Shown here one piece after another: positions 48,581-52,857 of a stretch of DNA of 52,857 nucleotides. The stretch spans positions 1-52,857 of the IMG/VR virus record IMGVR_UViG_3300020220_000072; one strand, written 5' to 3'. Numbering within the stretch: the first letter of the stretch is position 1; each line of letters begins with the position of its first letter. Under the pieces are notes generated by a model, which was given only the letters and a program-made list of their open reading frames with translations, did not search any database and was not told the origin of the DNA. The stretch comes from a virus (Duplodnaviria; Caudoviricetes). Both the position numbers and the translations under genes were made by a program.

Positions 48581-50293
48581 GTGATTTTGTTTAAAAAAAT
48601 TCGTTGGAAAAATCTCCTAAGCACAGGAAACCAATGGACTGAAATTGATTTTCAAAAAAACAATAATACTTTGATCGTTGGTACAAATGGTGCTGGAAAA
48701 TCAACGGTTCTTGATGCTCTAACATTTTCACTTTTTGGAAAACCTTTTCGTAAAATTAATAAACCTCAATTAGTCAATACCACAAACGAAAGAGAATGTG
48801 TTGTTGAAATTGAATTTTCTATTAGTTCAACCGAATGGAAAGTAATACGTGGAATTAGGCCAGCAGTTTTTGAAGTTCATAGAAATGGAGTTTTATTGGA
48901 TCAATCTGCATCATCTATAGATCAACAAAAATGGTTTGAACAAACTGTTTTAAAAATGAATTATAGATCTTTCACTCAGATTGTAATTTTAGGATCTAGT
49001 ACTTTTGTACCTTTCATGCAACTTTCTGCTGCAAATCGTAGAGAAGTTATTGAAGATTTACTGGACATTAAAATTTTCTCTTCGATGAGTATTCTTATTA
49101 AAGATAAAATTCGTTCGTTGAAAGAAGAAATTAGAACTTTAGAGTTAAAAAAAGATTCTCTAAAGGATAAAATGAAAATGCAAAAAAACTTTATTGAGGA
49201 ACTTGAAAATCGTGGAAATGCCAACATAAATGCCAACCAAGATAAGATTGCCAAGTTAATGGACGAAGTTGGTGTTTATATGCTTGAAAATTCTAAAACC
49301 GAAGAAGATATTTTCCGATACACCAAAGATCAGGAAGAGGTTACTGGTGCCGCCGAAAAGTTAGGGAAACTTAACAATCTTAAGGGTAAAATCTCTCAGA
49401 AAGTATCCAGCACTACCAAAGAGCATAAGTTCTTTACGGAAAATACGGTATGTCCGACTTGCACTCAAACGATTGAAGAAGAGTTTAGGTTAAATAGAAT
49501 TGATGATGCTCAAAATAAAATAAAGGAACTTCAAAAAGGTTTTCAAGAACTTGAAAATACCATAAAGTTTGAACAAGAAAGAGAGCGTCAGTTCACAGTT
49601 CTATCTAAGGAGATTACTAAATTCAATCATGAGATTTCTCAAAACAACACTCGCATTTCTCTTAATCAAAGACAAATACGAGATCTTGAATCTGAAATTC
49701 AAACTCTTACCGAACAACTTGAAAACAGAAATTCTGAACATGAGAAATTAGAACAATTCAGAGAAAATCTCCAAAAAACATTTGAAGAACTTTCTGACAA
49801 AAAAGATGAAATCGTTTATTATGACTTTTCATACTCTTTACTTAAAGATGACGGTGTTAAGACCAAGATTATCAAAAAGTATCTACCATTGATCAATCAA
49901 CAAGTCAATCGTTATCTTCAAATGATGGACTTCTACATCAATTTTAAACTCGATGAAGAGTTTAATGAAACAGTCCAGTCTCCAATTCACGAAGACTTTT
50001 CTTATTCTTCTTTTAGTGAAGGTGAAAAACAAAGAATCGACTTGGCACTTCTTTTTACTTGGAGAGAAGTTGCTAGATATAAAAATTCAACAAACACAAA
50101 TCTTTTAATTCTTGATGAGGTATTTGATAGTTCTCTTGATGGATTTGGAACAGATGATTTTTTAAAAATCATTCGTTATGTAATCAAGGATGCTAACATT
50201 TTTGTGATTTCTCATAAAACTGGACTTGAGGACAGATTTGAAAGTGTCCTAAAGTTTTCTAAGGTAAAGGGTTTTAGTCGTATGGTGGTCTGA
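48581..50293 (+). CDS. gp46: Recombination ATPase gp46 (Rad50/SbcC-like), GTG start
   Basis: GTNGAGKST, zinc hook CPTC, FSEGEKQRIDL, LILDEVFD, ISHK. Confidence 0.97.
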   Translation: MILFKKIRWKNLLSTGNQWTEIDFQKNNNTLIVGTNGAGKSTVLDALTFSLFGKPFRKINKPQLVNTTNERECVVEIEFSISSTEWKVIRGIRPAVFEVHRNGVLLDQSASSIDQQKWFEQTVLKMNYRSFTQIVILGSSTFVPFMQLSAANRREVIEDLLDIKIFSSMSILIKDKIRSLKEEIRTLELKKDSLKDKMKMQKNFIEELENRGNANINANQDKIAKLMDEVGVYMLENSKTEEDIFRYTKDQEEVTGAAEKLGKLNNLKGKISQKVSSTTKEHKFFTENTVCPTCTQTIEEEFRLNRIDDAQNKIKELQKGFQELENTIKFEQERERQFTVLSKEITKFNHEISQNNTRISLNQRQIRDLESEIQTLTEQLENRNSEHEKLEQFRENLQKTFEELSDKKDEIVYYDFSYSLLKDDGVKTKIIKKYLPLINQQVNRYLQMMDFYINFKLDEEFNETVQSPIHEDFSYSSFSEGEKQRIDLALLFTWREVARYKNSTNTNLLILDEVFDSSLDGFGTDDFLKIIRYVIKDANIFVISHKTGLEDRFESVLKFSKVKGFSRMVV

Positions 50294-50307
50294 ACCACTC
50301 AAGAACA

Positions 50308-50529
50308 ATGCAAGTCCCAAACTGGAAGCACAATTCTGGGAAACCTCAGAAACGAAAACTTAAACCGCAAGCACTGAGGCAAGCAAAAGCACGACTTGCC
50401 CAGTTCAAGAAGTGTCACATGGGTCGTCCAAAAGGCGACCTTTCGTTTTATAATGGGTTCATACGAAAGGAAATCAATGCCTGTCTCTCACGAAATCAAA
50501 TCTCAACTTGCCAAACTGCTTGCTACTGA
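50308..50529 (+). CDS. Small basic hypothetical protein
   Basis: MQVPNWKH..KRKLKPQALRQAKARL; 3' half overlaps the promoter and start of the next gene. Confidence 0.55.
   Translation: MQVPNWKHNSGKPQKRKLKPQALRQAKARLAQFKKCHMGRPKGDLSFYNGFIRKEINACLSRNQISTCQTACY
50400..50454 (+). promoter_or_regulatory. Putative early-gene promoter: upstream motif, hairpin, TATAAT
   Basis: CCAGTT..AAGTGTCACA (50400-19), stem GGTCGTC/GGCGACC (50422-40), TATAAT 50449-54. Confidence 0.55.
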
Positions 50530-52663
50530 AGATCTGGTGGTTGAGCACAAGAAAGTTTCTACTGCTTGCTTTAATGTTCATACTCGTGTTCTTACGCTTC
50601 CTCTGTGGGAGAAGGCAAGTAATCTTGTGTATGACCTTCTCGTGGGTCATGAAGTGGGTCATGCTCTCTTCACTCCCGATGAGGATTGGTTGGAGACTGT
50701 AAAAGTTCCTCAGCAGTTTGTGAATGTGGTCGAAGACGCACGTATTGAGAAACTGATGAAACGCAAGTACATGGGTCTTGCCAAAACGTTTTTCAACGGT
50801 TATAAAGAACTGAATGAAGAGGACTTCTTTCAACTTGCGGATGAAAACATTTCAAAATTTAATCTTGCAGATCGTGCTAATCTTTACTTCAAGGTTGGAA
50901 ACTTTGTAACTCTTGATTTCAATCCAGAAGAGAAAGAAATCATTGATCTAATCGCTGCAACTGAAACCTTTGCAGATGTTCTGGTTGCTGCCGAAGAACT
51001 GTATAAGTATTGTAAGAAAGAAAAAGAACAGCAACAGAAAGTTTTTGACTTTGATTCTCATCAACAACAAGGTGACTCTAATTCTTCTGCGAATGAGATG
51101 TCGGAAGAACAACCAAATGATGAGCAAGAAGATCAATCTGATTCTTCACAACCAGAACAATCTGACGAAACTGGATCTTCTTCTGGAGATCAAACGCAAG
51201 ATAATTCTCAAGTTCCTGATAAGGATCCAGAGATTCGTACTGCTGAATCTCTTCAGGATAAAATTCGTGATCTTGTCGGTATGAACGATCAAGAGAATGT
51301 TTATGTGGAAATTCCTCAAGTAAATCTTGATACTGTGATTGCAAGTAATTCTGAAGTTCATGAAGAAATTGATAATTCTTTTAAGATGCAGCAAAAAAAT
51401 AATAATGAAATTGCAACTGAACGTAACATTTCTTCCTGCAATCTATTTGCGAAACCAGACTCGGAGTATCGCAAGTTTAAAGTTGCTGCACAGAAGGAAG
51501 TCAATTATCTGGTGAAGGAGTTTGAGTGTCGTAAGGCAGCAGATGCTTATTCCCGTGCTTCTACTGCTCGCACTGGAGTTCTTGATACCGCTCGTCTTCA
51601 TTCGTACAAGTATAATGAAGATCTCTTTAAGAAAGTTACTGTAATTCCTGATGGAAAGAATCATGGACTAGTTTTTATTCTGGACTGGTCTGGATCTATG
51701 CAAAATGTTCTTCTCGATACTTGCAAACAACTTTTTAATTTGATTTGGTTCTGCAAAAAAGTTGCGATTCCGTTTGAGGTTTATGCCTTTACAAATGAAT
51801 GGAGTCGTTGTCGGTATGATTATGATGAGCAACGTTATGTTCCTGCAGATTTTGATTGTCATTATCAAAAAAAGGAAGGTTTGCTTTGTGTAGAAGATCA
51901 ATTTTCACTCATGAATCTTTTTACCAGTAAGGTTTCTGGTAGAGAACTGGAGCATCAGATGATGAACATTTGGAGGCTTGCTATGTGTTTTATCAACACT
52001 TATACTTGCGAATACACTTACCCATCCCGTTTGTGTCTGTCTGGCACTCCTTTGAATGAAGCACTGATTTGTCTTCATCAGATTCTTCCCAAGTTTCAAC
52101 GTGAGAATAAACTTCAAAAGGTTCAATGTATTGTTTTGACTGATGGTGAAGCATCTTACATTCCTTATCATCAAGAAGTTAAACGTGCTTGGGAAAAAGA
52201 ATCTCATCTTGGAACTCGTCACGTAAATCCCAATAGTGCGTTTCTTCGTGATCGCAAACTTGGAACCACTTATAAGTTTGGTTATGGGTATCATGAATTT
52301 ACCGATATTCTTCTTCGTAACCTAAAAGATAAGTTTCCTACCACTAATTTTATTGGTATTCGTGTTCTTTCTGGTCGTGATGTAAATCGTTTTATTGGTC
52401 TTTATCATTCTCTTTCTGATAAGGACTACAAACAATACATTAAAATTCAAGAAGATTGGAAAAAACTGAAGAGTTTTACCATCACCAAATCTGGTTATCA
52501 TGCATACTTCGGTCTCTCTTCATCGGCACTTTCGCAGGATGCTGACTTTGAAGTTGCTGAATGTGCAACCAAGGCACAGATCAAATCTGCATTTGTTAAA
52601 TCACTTAAAGTCAAAAAGTTTAACAAAAAAGTTCTTGGTGAGTTCATTTCTCTTGTTGCCTAA
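50477..52663 (+). CDS. CobT-like protein: N-terminal HEXXH metallopeptidase-like domain, acidic linker, vWA/MIDAS domain
   Basis: HEVGH, NVVEDARIEK, LDWSGSM, LSGTPL, LTDGE; likely start ATG 50477 after AAGGA (MPVSHEIKSQLAKLLATE). Confidence 0.85.
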   Translation: MPVSHEIKSQLAKLLATEDLVVEHKKVSTACFNVHTRVLTLPLWEKASNLVYDLLVGHEVGHALFTPDEDWLETVKVPQQFVNVVEDARIEKLMKRKYMGLAKTFFNGYKELNEEDFFQLADENISKFNLADRANLYFKVGNFVTLDFNPEEKEIIDLIAATETFADVLVAAEELYKYCKKEKEQQQKVFDFDSHQQQGDSNSSANEMSEEQPNDEQEDQSDSSQPEQSDETGSSSGDQTQDNSQVPDKDPEIRTAESLQDKIRDLVGMNDQENVYVEIPQVNLDTVIASNSEVHEEIDNSFKMQQKNNNEIATERNISSCNLFAKPDSEYRKFKVAAQKEVNYLVKEFECRKAADAYSRASTARTGVLDTARLHSYKYNEDLFKKVTVIPDGKNHGLVFILDWSGSMQNVLLDTCKQLFNLIWFCKKVAIPFEVYAFTNEWSRCRYDYDEQRYVPADFDCHYQKKEGLLCVEDQFSLMNLFTSKVSGRELEHQMMNIWRLAMCFINTYTCEYTYPSRLCLSGTPLNEALICLHQILPKFQRENKLQKVQCIVLTDGEASYIPYHQEVKRAWEKESHLGTRHVNPNSAFLRDRKLGTTYKFGYGYHEFTDILLRNLKDKFPTTNFIGIRVLSGRDVNRFIGLYHSLSDKDYKQYIKIQEDWKKLKSFTITKSGYHAYFGLSSSALSQDADFEVAECATKAQIKSAFVKSLKVKKFNKKVLGEFISLVA

Positions 52664-52666
52664 ATA
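52661..52666 (+). promoter_or_regulatory. Late promoter
   Basis: TAAATA at the stop of the CobT-like gene. Confidence 0.65.
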
Positions 52667-52685
52667 CCTAAAAAAGTTCATACAA

Positions 52686-52857
52686 ATGAAGACCTTTAAG
52701 GAATTTATCTCTGAAGCAAGAGACTTAAATGAAACCTCACTTACTCGTGTAATGAGTAAATCAAAAAAGGGTGGCATGGCAATTATGTCAGCTCAACGTG
52801 GTGACAAATCCAAAGCAGAAAACAAAGCACGTTCACGGCAACTTGAACGTGATATTA
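52686..52857 (+). CDS. Partial ORF with capsid-targeting-like N-terminus (MKTFKEFISEARDLNETSLTRVMSK...)
   Basis: ATG 52686, open to the window end; late promoter just upstream. Confidence 0.75.
   Translation, partial: MKTFKEFISEARDLNETSLTRVMSKSKKGGMAIMSAQRGDKSKAENKARSRQLERDI

Noticed and set aside
50396-50476. ORF-track N-terminal extension of the CobT-like gene
   Set aside because: It overlaps the promoter/hairpin; the SD and protein-like sequence begin at ATG 50477
183-52294. Numerous 60-130 aa minus-strand and alternative-frame ORFs in the ORF track
   Set aside because: They lie within or across well-supported + strand genes, lack RBS/promoter context and read as antisense shadows
1-52857. 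tRNA, rRNA, CRISPR arrays, transposases, intact homing endonucleases
   Set aside because: None recognisable; intergenic gaps are short and explained by promoters, terminators or scars

Overview
AT-rich segment of a T4-like cyanophage (Kyanoviridae-type myovirus), coding almost entirely on the + strand. Gene order: baseplate (gp25, gp6, gp7, gp8, giant VrlC-like protein), neck/terminase/tail/head module (gp13-gp23, gp3), recombination and late-transcription block (uvsY, uvsW, Sm-like, gp55, gp47, gp46), then a CobT-like HEXXH/vWA gene. gp55-type late promoters (TAAATA) punctuate the structural operons. Main oddities: (1) An 844-aa protein between gp16 and gp17 carries a T4-type capsid-targeting N-terminus and looks like a polyprotein of about 13 short basic, often Cys-paired modules separated by prohead-protease-type (hydrophobic-x-E) sites; DNA repeats suggest the modules are duplicated at those boundaries. 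(2) gp7 is split into three ORFs by tiny spacers; one holds a late promoter inside an RBS-sequestering hairpin and has gene-60-like bypass geometry. (3) gp21 has no ATG and appears to start at ATT behind a similar leader. (4) An NblA-like gene precedes gp17. (5) A perfect antisense sigma70 promoter lies back-to-back with the gp55 promoter. (6) There are deletion scars and a G-[IVL]-G-[TS]-T motif shared across virion proteins. All homology calls come from recognising motifs by eye, not from database searches.
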